In this document: in pieces, positions 34,750 to 48,178 of the stretch
Layout of the letters: each line of letters begins with the position of its first letter
Position numbering within the stretch: the stretch's first letter is position 1
Source: Octopus bimaculoides
Lineage: Eukaryota
Direction of reading: 5' to 3'
Assembly: GCF_001194135.2 (NCBI RefSeq)
Contig: NC_068990.1
Coordinates: 25,565,618 to 25,624,112 of the forward strand
Length of the DNA stretch: 58,495 bases
Notes under the pieces: model-generated
What the model saw: the letters and a program-made list of their open reading frames with translations, nothing else
Told to the model about the DNA's origin: nothing
Database searches by the model: none
Made by a program: the position numbers and the translations under genes

Positions 34750-37700
34750 CTATATATCTATCTATATATATATATTGGGCCTATATATATTTGAAGAAAA
34801 GCAACAAAAATGTATTAGGCTATAGCAGTACGTACGTTTCATACAAGCTTCATTTATTTATGTAGTGAGGACACCACATAAGATGTGCAATGAAAATGTA
34901 CTCCTCAGCTGCATAATGGAAGTTCATTTCAGAAAGCATTCTTCGTCCCTCCTTGTGTTAAATAAATAAATGGTAAAATACAAAAGTAGACAAACAGACT
35001 CAGAACATTCTTAAGGAATACTGAATACTGCTGAAATTTAACTTGGCATACAAAGCATTTCCAGTGACTCACAGTAAATGTTTTGTGAGTTATTGGTTAT
35101 GCCACTTATTTAAAAAAATGTTCTCTCCTTTTAGACAGGTGGGAAAACGGTTAACCATGAAGTGTTACAAGATTTCTGTGAGTAGTGGGAGAGAAAGAAG
35201 GCATAAAACTAGAAACTTGGCCTTAATACTGCAAAAAGCACACAAGCTGCCAGACGAGGGTGTTGAACTACACGACTGATTAAATTTATGAGGGGCTACT
35301 GAAAAGTTCCTGGTTTTAAGGGTATCGCGAAAGGCCTGGCTGGAGTCCCAATCTTCCAAGTTCTTTTACAGGGCTTAGAAAAACTGAAAGACTAGTGCAA
35401 TAAACATGCAAATCTGAGAGGGGAATATGTTGAATAAAATCATAATTAACTGATCCTTCTGTATTTTCTTTTACCTAAAGCCAACAACTTTTCAGCACCC
35501 CTTGTACCACCCATTGTGGCATTAAAATAAAGAATAGCAATGTTTATGTATATAAGATGTGGCCTCCTGCCAAGGTTTACCATGTTATTTAATTTGCCAA
35601 CAAAGATTTTGTATATATTTGTTCCATCTTGCTCAAAGTAGTAGCAAAATTTCTAAATTTAACCTTTTTTTTTGTTTTTGTGTTACCATATATCTATTGA
35701 AACACACTGCTTTTGTTTCAAATAAATTTAAAAATGATGAAGAATTTAATAAAATAACTTTGTCACCATTAAAGCTGATGTTTGGGACATAAATGAACAT
35801 GAAACTTTGATGTAAGCTTTTAGTTTCAATCACTTTTATTTGGGAAATTTGTAAAGTAATAAAAAGGATTAACATGCAGACCAGATATTTTAGGTCCTAA
35901 ATCTTAAGATCCCATACAAACTAGAAATATTTGATGACCACCATTATAAATGTTAGAATATTTCTGTTTAAACAGTTGCAGGTTAACACCTGTAAGAAAG
36001 ACATGAGCAGGGAAGAGATTCCTGGGGGATGATGTTTTGGAGGAGGAAGGATTGGGTAATGTAGTTGGTGTGGGAAAAAGGAGAAAGGTGGGGTTGGATG
36101 CACCAATAGTGATAAATGGGTTAACCCTTTTGTTACTGTATTTATTTTGAGATGCTCTGTGTTTCTTTCAACTAATTTTAAATATAAATGAGCAGCAGAA
36201 GCCATTATAATAGTGATAGTAAAGACAGAGAGAGAGGAGAAAATATGTGTGTGGGCCAGAGGCTGGCATGTGCCTATTAGTGATGAGATTTCAAGAAGTT
36301 TGAACATCCCTATTTTCAACAGGGTCCAGCATGTCAGTCTGTAATAGCCATTGCACCATTCCAAATGTGGGAGCAGTAGTCCCTTGTGGGCTTCACTTGA
36401 GCCTTGTTCAATGAAATATTTCTTGGCCCTAATGAGAAGAACTAGTATTTGGAATTCAGTCCTAGCTATGCTAAAGGATGTGCTATCACCACAAGACTTT
36501 CTCTGTTATAGCCAAATCCAGCATTTTGAACAACCGTAAAGGCTCTAGTTGGGTGACCGCTCATGTTTATAGGGGTGGGGTATGGTGTTTTTTTTCTTGA
36601 TATGAGTACAGCTTGAAAGTTTTTTGTTTTTTTTCTCACAAAGTTGATATGGCCCCATTGGAGGATGCTCTCGAGGTTTCTGTTTATAGAAATCAATGCA
36701 TTAAAATCAAAACCCTTATTACTGAGTTGGATATTCTGCATTATATATGTCTATAATAGTTTCTACAGTTTTTTTTTTCCCCCTTCTCTCTATAAATATC
36801 TATACTTGTATTGTGTTATTTCAGTTCTCACACTCAATGCTGTTTCTATTTTCTTTTAGACATTTTATCGCCAATGTTTACAAAATCAAAAATTAATCAG
36901 TACTACCACTGCTGCTTACCAAAATGTTTCTGTGACAACAGCAGCTGGCAACATCTCATCCACATCACTACAATCAGGGACTGAGAAACTAACAACTGCT
37001 ACAAGGAGAGTTAGTCCTGAAGCCGTCGTCGGATGTGAGCCACCACTCAGTCATGTACCTGACTATGTGCTACCTGCTCTCTGGCATGTTGTCTATTGGA
37101 CATCCCAAGCTCTCACTTGGTAACAATTATTTTCTCTCTTTCTTATTATGCACCACCACTAATCCTAAGCACAACATATCCATTTATTAAAAGTTAGTTA
37201 CCACAGCTTTATTTCTTTGCTTCATGTGTCTTTTGCACTATCTTAGAAACCGTGGAAACTTAGTCAAAAATTGTTATTTTAGCAAATTATTTAGTAATCT
37301 GTTCATGGTTCTGCTCTGTTTAACATGTCACATGCCTGATAACCTGTGGATTACGTACAAAAGAATTAATTACACACACACACACACACACAAGAACAAA
37401 AAAAGCACTGAAGTGCAATAGAAATATCTCCACAGCCATATAGGTACATAACAACATCCTATTTCAACTCATAAGTTGCACTCATACATATAACATCCCT
37501 AATTTAACTTTGTCAAATGTAATGCTTATTCACACAGTTTTGAATTAATCATGTATTATCTTGTAGCTTCAAGATTTCAGTGTGGTGATTGTTTATTTTT
37601 ATACTGACTTGGTATGGTATGTGTGAGAGGCAGGATATGGCTGGTTTAAATGTTAAAGGGTTAATGTTAAACTTTAGTACATTTTTTTCTTGATAGTTTT

Positions 37701-40700
37701 AGCCGTACTTTGTGTATAAGTTTTGCACACCAGTTTTTTCATTCAAAATCAGCTGTAAAATAATACGACTCATACACAAGTCATCATCATCATCATCATC
37801 GTTTAACATCTGCTTTCCATGCTGGCATGGGTTGGATGGTTTGACTGAGGACTGGCAAGCCAGGAGGCCTCACCAGGCTCCAATCTGATCTGGCAATGTT
37901 TCTATGGCTGGATGCCCTTCCTAATGCCAACCACTCTGGGAGTGTAGTGGGTGCTTTTTACATGTCACCAGCACAGGAGCCAGTCAGTGGGTACTGGCAT
38001 CAATCCTGTTTGGATGGTGCTTTTTACGTGCCACCAGCACAAGAGCTAGTCAGGCAGCACTGGCATCAGCCACGTTTGGATGGTACTTTTTACATGTCAC
38101 CGGCAGGGGAGCCAGTCAGGCACACTGGCATTGGCCACGTTCAGGTGGTACTTTTTATGTGCCACCGGTACAGGAGCCAGTCGGAGCTGCGAAGCTGGCA
38201 TTGACCATGTTCGGATGGTACTTTTTACATGCCACCAGCCTGGGGAGCCAGTCAGGCAACACTGGCAACGACCTATGCACTAGTAATTAGAATAATTAAT
38301 AGAGCTAAAAACATTAAAGTATTGGTGACATTTGTAAAGAAATACATTCACTCACATAATATGTACACAGCAACACAATTCTTTGAGATATTTGTAATGT
38401 AAAATACATTCAAATATTGATCACATCAATTGGAGAAAAAATTCCTTTGTTTTTATTTGTCGATCTTTAGTTAACAACTGAAAACAATGGAAATATTAAT
38501 ATTTGGTTAATATTGAGTCAGGAATTTTTTTTCTAATTATGTAAATGGAGAGTAAAGATTGATTGTAGCACCACTTGTCCTCCATATATTTTCCCTGCAG
38601 ATATTGTGTTGCAGCTTTAAGCTTTTTCTTTTAGATTTTAATTTCAACAAAGCATAGGAGGGAGTTATACCTTTAAATGCTTGATGGTTTCATAGTGTAT
38701 AGTGGAGGGGGGAACAGGGATAAGTTTGAAATGTTAGTGTGTTATAAAAGGGTGGTTGGTGGGTATAGGGGAGGAGTGATAGATATCTCTTATTTAGATA
38801 TTTGTTTTAGAAATTTTAAATGTAAAATTATTATGAACTATTTGTTAGCCAAAATCATTTTAATAACAACAAATAAAAAAAATGCGAATCAGTAAATAAA
38901 CCGAATATATACCACTTATATATGCAAAATATAAACAATAAACTATAATATAGAAGACATTGTCAAGATTTTGTGGGCATTTCCTTACATACAATAAAGG
39001 CAGTCACCACACCTACAGGGTTAGGTAACGCTCTGACTTGCATGTGTGTGTGTGTGTGTGTGTGTACATTTAATTTTGTTGAATCCGAGCAGGAGGGGTT
39101 ACTGAAGAAATATTACTAATAGAGAGGAAATGATAGTTGAAAATGTTTAGACTATTAACATCTGTTTGCATGTAAAATACTTTGCTTTCAAGACCTTAAA
39201 ATCTGCGGTGTAAATTCCAGGTTGATCCTGCCATTGATGCAATCTTATTCCAATGCTGGTGACTTCAGTGTGGCAGGAAAATGTAAATCAGCTTTAATAG
39301 AGAATGCCATCTACTATGGCACCTACTTGCTCATATTTGGAGTTTGCCTCATCTATGTTGCTGCACGCCCCAACTTACACATCGATGGGTGAGTACCTAT
39401 TTTCATTATCTCATCTTCCCATCATTTTAACTTCTTTGTGATTTTACATTTCTAAAGCTTGTAACCTGGATTACCATTATTCTTGTGTTGTGAAGACTGA
39501 GTTATTTTATTAATTTTACCTTGTCTTTTGTGTGTGTATATGTTTCACCGGTAGTAAGTTGCAGTTTTCTTTAAAAAATCTAGCATGAATTGGATGTGTC
39601 TCATATTGTCTCGCCCTTTATCATGTGAAGTGCATAACAACAAAAAAAACACTTTATTATTGTGGTGGTCAGGATGGGATTTGTGATTGTATGCCTTTTC
39701 TAACACCAACCACTTTACAGCATTGGCTTTGTACATTTTTAACACACTTCTGACATTAGAGAAGAATGATTATGCAACAAGACTAAGTGTTACCGCTAAA
39801 CTGTTTTAGTTTTTATTCAGAACTACTACCGTGCAAAATAAATTGCCTTCATGTGGCTTCTGGAATCCACGTTTCTTCTGTTTATTCCTTTTATGGCCCA
39901 CTGATTCATAACATGTCTCTAGTTTTTAAGGCATGAAGCAGATGAGACACATCTTGATTTCCTCTTGGAAAGGGTGCCAGTCTATCATAGATGGTTTGTG
40001 TAATCATAGTTATATTGGACCGAAGCCTCTACTGGATATGCTGTTTGTGTTTCCAGCTTGTGATAACTGTATGGCCTTTTTGGTTTGCCATGGTTGTCTA
40101 CCACACTAATGAGAAACTTAACCAATAGTGATACATAATTATATTTCACCTCCATAGATATTCTGCCATAAGTGTAGTATGGCCAAATGGTTAAGAAGTT
40201 CACTCTGCAACCAGTAGGTCCCAGGTTCAATCCCACTACATTGCATTTTGGGTAAATGTCATTTTCTGCCACCTTGGGTCAACCAGTCCCTCGTAAATGA
40301 AAGTGGGTTGACAGAAAGTATATAGAAGTCCATCAGATGGATTATACCAGTATTGCATCAGTACAGCCTTGTATGGCACTGTGATGTGTTGATTCTATCT
40401 GAGAATTGCATTAAGGTTGTGTGTGTCTGTGGAATACTCAGCCACTTACACATTAATTCAAGAGCAGGTAATTCATTTGATTGGACAATTGAACATCAGA
40501 GATCCATCCCCATCGCCACAACCGCCTTCTCCCTCACCACAACCGCCTTCCCCACCGGCACAACCACCTTCCCCATCGCCAACATCAGCACAGATAAAAA
40601 CTCTGTAGATAAAAATAGTTTTTGATGTTGTATAGTTTGAGATACCTTATCATGTATTTCATTTATGTATTCTTAGAAAACAAATGCTTTAACAGATTCG

Positions 40701-43041
40701 TGCTGTGCCAAAAAATAAACGTACATGTTTCAATTGGAGTGAACTAGATTTTCTTTGAAATTTTATCAAATTCTTTGCCCATTTCTGATATTTAAATCTT
40801 TAAATAACTATTAAGTGTATAAAATTTCCTTTCTTGTTTTCTGTTTAGTGTGTGTGTGTGTGTGTGTTTGTCGCAGCATTCGTTACCAAAGTTTACTTTA
40901 ATATTGTGTTAAAAATGTTATGTTAATGTTCAGGTGTGATACAGAATAATGTAGCAAATATTCTATTGTATAAGATAACCTTAACAAAAATATTCTACCA
41001 AACTTTAGGATTCTCTTGGAGTGGAAAATATATCAAATTCCCCGAAACTTTTCCCTATTTACACACACACATGCACACACACACACCACACCACACCTGG
41101 TTCCATGAAACCCTCTCCAGTACCTCCTCCTTTCCATTACCATTATTCAAAATTGCAGCGACAGATAACATAATAAAATTCACAATTAAAGCAGTTAATT
41201 TCACAATTTATTTAAATGACAATGAAATTTATTAATTTAACAAAATTGCCAAGTTTGCTCAGAGCCTGCGAGTAAGGGAAAAAATTTGGATTCCATAATT
41301 AACAACCAAGGAACAACATTATTTGTCTTGAAACAATACATCAGATCTGTCAGGCATTGCACTTGTCCCCATCTCTGCATTACATTGCATAGAACTCAAA
41401 GCCATGCAGTCTGCATAATTGCAAGCTGCACACACATCACAAATACCCTGTCACACGTACAATTACCAGCTGCACACAGATTACACGTGCAGACCAGTTT
41501 AGACAATGGAACAAAATTGAGACAACCTGGAATATGTGAGAGTCATGGTTATTTGCTGAAAGAAACCAGTCCCTTGGTTGTGTGTTAAATCACCCTCAAT
41601 ACCCTATTATGTATAAAGAAACCCTCTCCCCAGATGCAATAGTACAACAACATGTCTAAGAACATTATTCCTCCCATTTGGCAGCAGTGTCAATTTGCTA
41701 ATTAGTGCCAAACAATGTGCAGAGATGCATACCTTCATAAACAACTGCTGAAAGAGAAACAGCTGTTATTCTGTTCACAGATGGGACAACAGACAAAAAC
41801 ATGTCAAACTGTTGCCGTGCACTTCTCATAATAAACTACAGCATATGAGACGACTCTGGAAGTTTAATATTACGGAGGGCTTAGGATTGTCACATATATG
41901 TAAATATGTACACACACTCACAAAGATATATACATATATATGTACACACACACATGCACACACACACAGAGGCAGCCTTTGACTTTTTCTGCTCAAAAGA
42001 AATTTTCAAGCCAATTTTTACATGCTATTAAGGTGGCGAGCTGGAAGAAATATTAGCATGCCAGGTGAAATGCATAGTGGTATTTTGTCTGTCTTTACAT
42101 TTTGAGTTCAAATTCCGCTGAGGTTGACTTTGCCTGTCATCCATCCCTGACATAAGGGCTCACACTTTGGCCTGTGTATATCATAAAATTAAAGGCTTCT
42201 TAATTTTCTCTTTACCAACGTGCTTAACCTACAGGTTCTTAATTACTTGTATTTTGTCCCTCCCTCATTGTAAAAGCTAAGAGGCTCACTCTTTGGCCTG
42301 TGTCTATGTTAATCTGGCAGTTTAAGTCTGTAGTTAAATGTTGTTAAATAGGTTTTTTTTTACTCTGTCTAGTCAGACATCGCAATCAAGCTATTTCCTT
42401 TGTCTTATATAATTTAATGAGTATTTATTCATACTTCCATTTTCTGGGTACATTACTACACACACACACACACAATAGTGTTTACTGACTCCTAAATCCT
42501 CTGTTACTATTTAGGATAATGGACAGTGATGATACATATATTTCTATTATTTGCAAAAAATTCTAAATTCATTGTTTAATATTTTGTCTGTTAAAATGTT
42601 ATTGTTGAAAACAAAAGCAATTATTAAAAATGTTGGGGAGAAGGATAAAACGATAAAAAAAAAAAACAAAGAATAAAAAAAAGAAGGGATGAAACAAATG
42701 TTTTATTGTCTTTGTTGATGAGCTCTTTACCATTTATTCTAACTCGAAATAATAACACCTCTTACCAAAGGCGATACCATTAGAAGGCTATAAATAAATA
42801 TGGTGGCAGCTGGTTTCAAAGACCTGAATGTGTTTCTATTATTGTTTGTATTCTGTTGCATTAATTAGATTGATTAATCTGATCAAATTAGTTGTTTAAT
42901 TATGATATTTTCACCTTTGCACCAACTTGTGATATTTCTGTTCATTCATTTGTTTTCAATACAAGGCTAATAAATTCACATTCAAACCTTTACACACATA
43001 TTTCAGATATGTATGTGTGTTACTACCCCACCCCCTGGTGT

Positions 43042-43088
<47 letters not shown>

Positions 43089-45031
43089 TGTAAACTCCCA
43101 CATATTTAACCCTTCTGTTACCATATACATATTGAGATGTTCTGTGTTTCTTTCAATTACTTTAAATATAACAAAGAATTTAGTAAAATAACTTAGTTAT
43201 CATTAAGTTAGTGTTAGGAACATAAATTGTGAGTAAGGTTTAGTGGAAAATCATAATTCAAAACTTATGAAAACAAGACATTTGTACTACAGAACCAGAG
43301 GCAGTTTCAGGCAGGTTGGTATCAAAAGGGTCAAATGTTTCTATATTCTGTACATGCTCAATCTCCTTTGCAAGTTGTTACACACACACAGAGAATATAT
43401 CTTTTATACATGAGAAGAGGATTTTAGTGATAATTACAAGCATTTCTAACAAAGGAAAGACATGTCCTACACGAAAGTACCAGTGTTTGATGTCATAATG
43501 GTGAAAGACCTAAAGTATTTAGAATTGGAAGATTATGCTCAAATGAACTAAGATGTTGGATTAATATAGTAATAATAATAATAATATACTTGTTGTATGC
43601 AGTATTCTGGTGTATTAAGACTCTTCAAAAAGACAGTAATGATAACCAGAAGTGAACAGTAAAAGAAGCTATAAAAAGGAAAAGGTGCAGAGACATGTCA
43701 GAATAGTGTTGGTGGATCTTAGGCAGAATGGAATGTTTGAACAATACACTGTCCTGACAAAACAAACAGCTGTTGTAGGTCATTGTCATTAATCTATCAA
43801 ATGTTCTGGTCATTTACTTTGGTCTGGCAGTAGTCTAATGTTCTTGTTGGTTAACTGCCTGGCATGGGGTGGAGGGTTCGACAGGATCTGAGGACTGCAT
43901 TATGCTTTAATGTCCATTTTGGCATAGTTTCTACAACTAGATGCTCTTCCTAACAGCAACCATTTTACAGTGTGTCCTGGCTGGTGCTTTTCTTCATGAC
44001 ACCAGCACTAGTGAGGTTGCCATGCAGCTTGCATGACTGTGCACCCCTTTGACTGAATGTGACTACAGTAGAGAGGGAGGTGGCTGTGTGTTGGGAGACA
44101 AAAGGTTAAGGTATGAGAGAAGGAGCCAGAACAGAACAGGCTTCTTGTAGTAGAGAATGTACATGGTTACTTCCATTATAGAAGAGGAGGTGGTAGCTGT
44201 GACCGGGGTGGAGCAGGCAAGAGGTAAAAACAGTGATGATGGGGTGTCAGGGTAGACAATGATGAATAAAACAAATAAAGGTACAAAAACTAAGAAACAA
44301 ACACTGAAAACACAGACTTGTGAGGTTTTCTTTCTTAATTTTGTTTTCTAATAAACTCGGTTTCATTTTGTTACATTTTTTTTACATTTCAGGGACAAAA
44401 TCAAAGTCATTGGTGTAACTGCCAGCAACACTTGGGGTTTATTTCTTCTCGTGTTGCTGTTAGGCTATGGGCTGGTAGAAGTACCACGCACTNNNNNNNN
44501 NNNNNNNNNNNNNNNNNNNNNNNNNNNNNNNNNNNNNNNNNNNNNNNNNNNNNNNNNNNNNNNNNNNNNNNNNNNNNNNNNNNNNNNNNNNNNNNNNNNN
44601 NNNNNNNNNNNNNNNNNNNNNNNNNNNNNNNNNNNNNNNNNNNNNNNNNNNNNNNNNNNNNNNNNNNNNNNNNNNNNNNNNNNNNNNNNNNNNNNNNNNN
44701 NNNNNNNNNNNNNNNNNNNNNNNNNNNNNNNNNNNNNNNNNNNNNNNNNNNNNNNNNNNNNNNNNNNNNNNNNNNNNNNNNNNNNNNNNNNNNNNNNNNN
44801 NNNNNNNNNNNNNNNNNNNNNNNNNNNNNNNNNNNNNNNNNNNNNNNNNNNNNNNNNNNNNNNNNNNNNNNNNNNNNNNNNNNNNNNNNNNNNNNNNNNN
44901 NNNNNNNNNNNNNNNNNNNNNNNNNNNNNNNNNNNNNNNNNNNNNNNNNNNNNNNNNNNNNNNNNNNNNNNNNNNNNNNNNNNNNNNNNNNNNNNNNNNN
45001 NNNNNNNNNNNNNNNNNNNNNNNNNNNNNNN

Positions 45032-45084
<53 letters not shown>

Positions 45085-47030
45085 ACCCTTGTCTTGACAT
45101 CACATGATGTCATGATGTAAATGAGCATGATGTTCATTTCCTGTTTTCCATAAAAAAAAATCTGCCTGGTTATGTAGAAATACAAGGCTAGCCTTATTAT
45201 ATAAGACTGGGTGGGCGTAACTATTCTCTATCCTCTATCATCAAGATGTGTGTGTATGCATAAATATATATCTTGTAAATATATATAAATGACTGTGTTA
45301 TCACAATGTTGTGTTTGTCGTAAATATCTCTCTGGTTTCAATTTGCAGGAAATCAAACGTGCTTCAGAGTCGATACGTTACAACCATTATCTCAGAAGAC
45401 ATGTGGATACAATTCTTTTGAAGGTAATTTTATTTCTTACTAAGGGATGCTACTAATTTTTTGCCCCTCTCTCTCATATTGACACTCTCCCTTTAACCCA
45501 CCTCTTATCCCCTCCTCCATCACTAATCACCATCCCTTTATTTCCTTCTGTCTATTATCTTCTTTCCCCCTTTATGCCTCCCACTTCACCATCGCCACTT
45601 CCTCTTCCCACCTTTGCTGTTCCCCCAATTATCCCCTACAAAGTTACCAAAACACCAATAACACAGCCCATGATGTTTCTAACTCTTTCCAGTGTCCAGA
45701 AAACTTCCGAAAATCCATCCAGCGCAATGTTGATGATTATGAAGACTACGACAGCCCTATGGACTCTCCGACGGAACGTACTCTGGTTCGGCTGCACAAG
45801 AGGGTCATCCGAGCTTCCCAAATCTATCAGCGAACTCAGTGTCAATGGAACATGTTAATGGAGAAGGTCTTTGCCTTGGAAGATGTTGCAAATAATGAGT
45901 CGAACCCAGAACGCATTTTCAAGCATTATTCCTCCAGTGTTTCTGTAACTGGTCTCTCAAAACACTTCTATAACCCTAAAGTCGGTGAGTGAAAATGTTT
46001 TTGACTTAAGTGTAGTGTGTGTATGCATATGTGTATGTGTGTGTATGCTTTGCATGCTAGCATGGGTTGCACCAGGTTCCAATAGCCTGTTTCTACAGCT
46101 GGATGCCCTCCCTAATGCCAACCATTTTACAGAGTGTACTGGATGCTTTTTATGTGGTACCATCACCACTTTTTACATGGCATCATCACCAATACACACA
46201 CACACACACACACACATACACACACACACACACTGACTCATTTTTAGCATCCACTTTTCCTTGCTCACATCAGTCAGAAGGAATTTGAGGCACATTTCTA
46301 TGACTGGATACTTTTCTTGTCACCAACCCTCATCTTTTTCCAAGCAAAGTAATATTTCCCCATGGCCAGACATGTTTTCCATAGAAGTTTGGAAGTGAGC
46401 AACTTTGCTTGTATGATGATAGTGACACTGGTTTACAACTCTTGTGCAATGTCATGACAAGGAGACACAAATATATGCACACACACACACACACACACAT
46501 CCATCCACAGGGCTTTGGTTGGCCCAGGGCTATGGTAGAAAGCACTTGCCCAGAATGTGCTTTGCTGTAAGACTGAACTCAAAACCACATGGTTAGGAAG
46601 CAGACTTCTCAACCACACAGCCAACCAGTTGACTGCTATTAAATACCATTCTAAATGTGCTGAGTGCTTCTAATTTCTTCTTTCATTTGTGTGTGTGTGT
46701 GTGTGCGCACAACCACATGTGTGTACACACATACGCATACATAAACATACTTAATGGTAAGCATTTTTAATTGAACTCAGACATACATATGTATATGTGT
46801 GTATCAATAGCTATTATAAGCATCACACACACACACACACACATTGGCCATTATATTCATTTTGTTTTAATTTATTACTGCATAATGTTGTATTAAATAT
46901 CAAAGTCTTTCACGGCTACATCACCAACCCTGCTCACTGGCAATATTCTGGTTACCATGGTTCCAACACAATTTCAATTGTTTCACTTTCAACACACTTT
47001 CTCATGTCATGTCACTTGCCAAACAACTAC

Positions 47031-47089
<59 letters not shown>

Positions 47090-47378
47090 TACATAAACAT
47101 AAAGAGATATAGACACGTGTGTGTGTGTGTGTGTGTATGTATATATGCTAGCATGGAAAGCAGACGTTAAACGACGATGATGATGATGATACATTATATA
47201 TATATATAATTATATATATATATGTGTGTGTGCGTTTTATATATATATATAATGTATGTATGTGTATTTTATATACATATATATGTGTTTGTGTGCACAC
47301 ATATATACTCACACAAACATTTCTAAGTGTATACTAAGTGCATGTGTGTATAAAAATATATCTATACACACACACATG

Positions 47379-47412
<34 letters not shown>

Positions 47413-47422
47413 NNNNNNNNNN

Positions 47423-47457
<35 letters not shown>

Positions 47458-48140
47458 TGTTTGTGTCTGTAGGTGTGAGTATTTCTTTACATCTTCTGTT
47501 TAAGAAGGTCACTACAAATATTGTTGTCTTTGCTATTGTCACTTCTTTCAATAAATTATCCACTCACTTTGTACCTTCAACATTGAAATAAAGGGTCCCT
47601 TACCCGAAAAACAGAAAGAACATCTGGCTGTAAAACAAGCCCTTAATAATATATTCATCTAACCAAATAGCAATTGCTAGCATCATGGAAAGCTGGACAC
47701 ACACAGACATGAAATCGTTCATTGATTAATGTCCATTTTCCATGCTGGCATGTGTTGGATGGTCAAACAGTAACCAATGACCCAGAAGGAATGCCATGCT
47801 TCACTGTCCGCTTTCACACTGCGAAACAGCTATACCAGTGTTAGGAATAGCAAATTAATAGTGGATAGAATTTAAAAATCTTAGAATGTTCGGTCAGCCA
47901 ATCTGTGACAAAATTAGAGAAATGTCTAATTGACGATGTGAGAAAAGTAAACAGATGAATGAATGAGTGACGATAAGGGTATTCGTGTGAAGTTAAGTTT
48001 GTTTTTAAGACTGAAGACGAAAACTATGTTTACAGAACTAAGAGGGGATTGCAATCTGTGCTGAATTAGAAGTGATGTACTGAGTTGAAAAAAGACAAGA
48101 TTCCTTATCTGAACAACATCTTCAGGCTGGATTTGTATTC

Positions 48141-48178
<38 letters not shown>

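Noticed and set aside
37950-38279. Regular 66-bp units resembling a CRISPR array
   Set aside because: Eukaryotic context, whole units are homologous (no unique spacers), and they lie inside a LINE 3'-tail repeat seen many times.
40417-40608. Proline-rich ORF (PSPSPQPP...)
   Set aside because: Produced by a 21-bp intronic tandem repeat; no convincing splice sites or homology.
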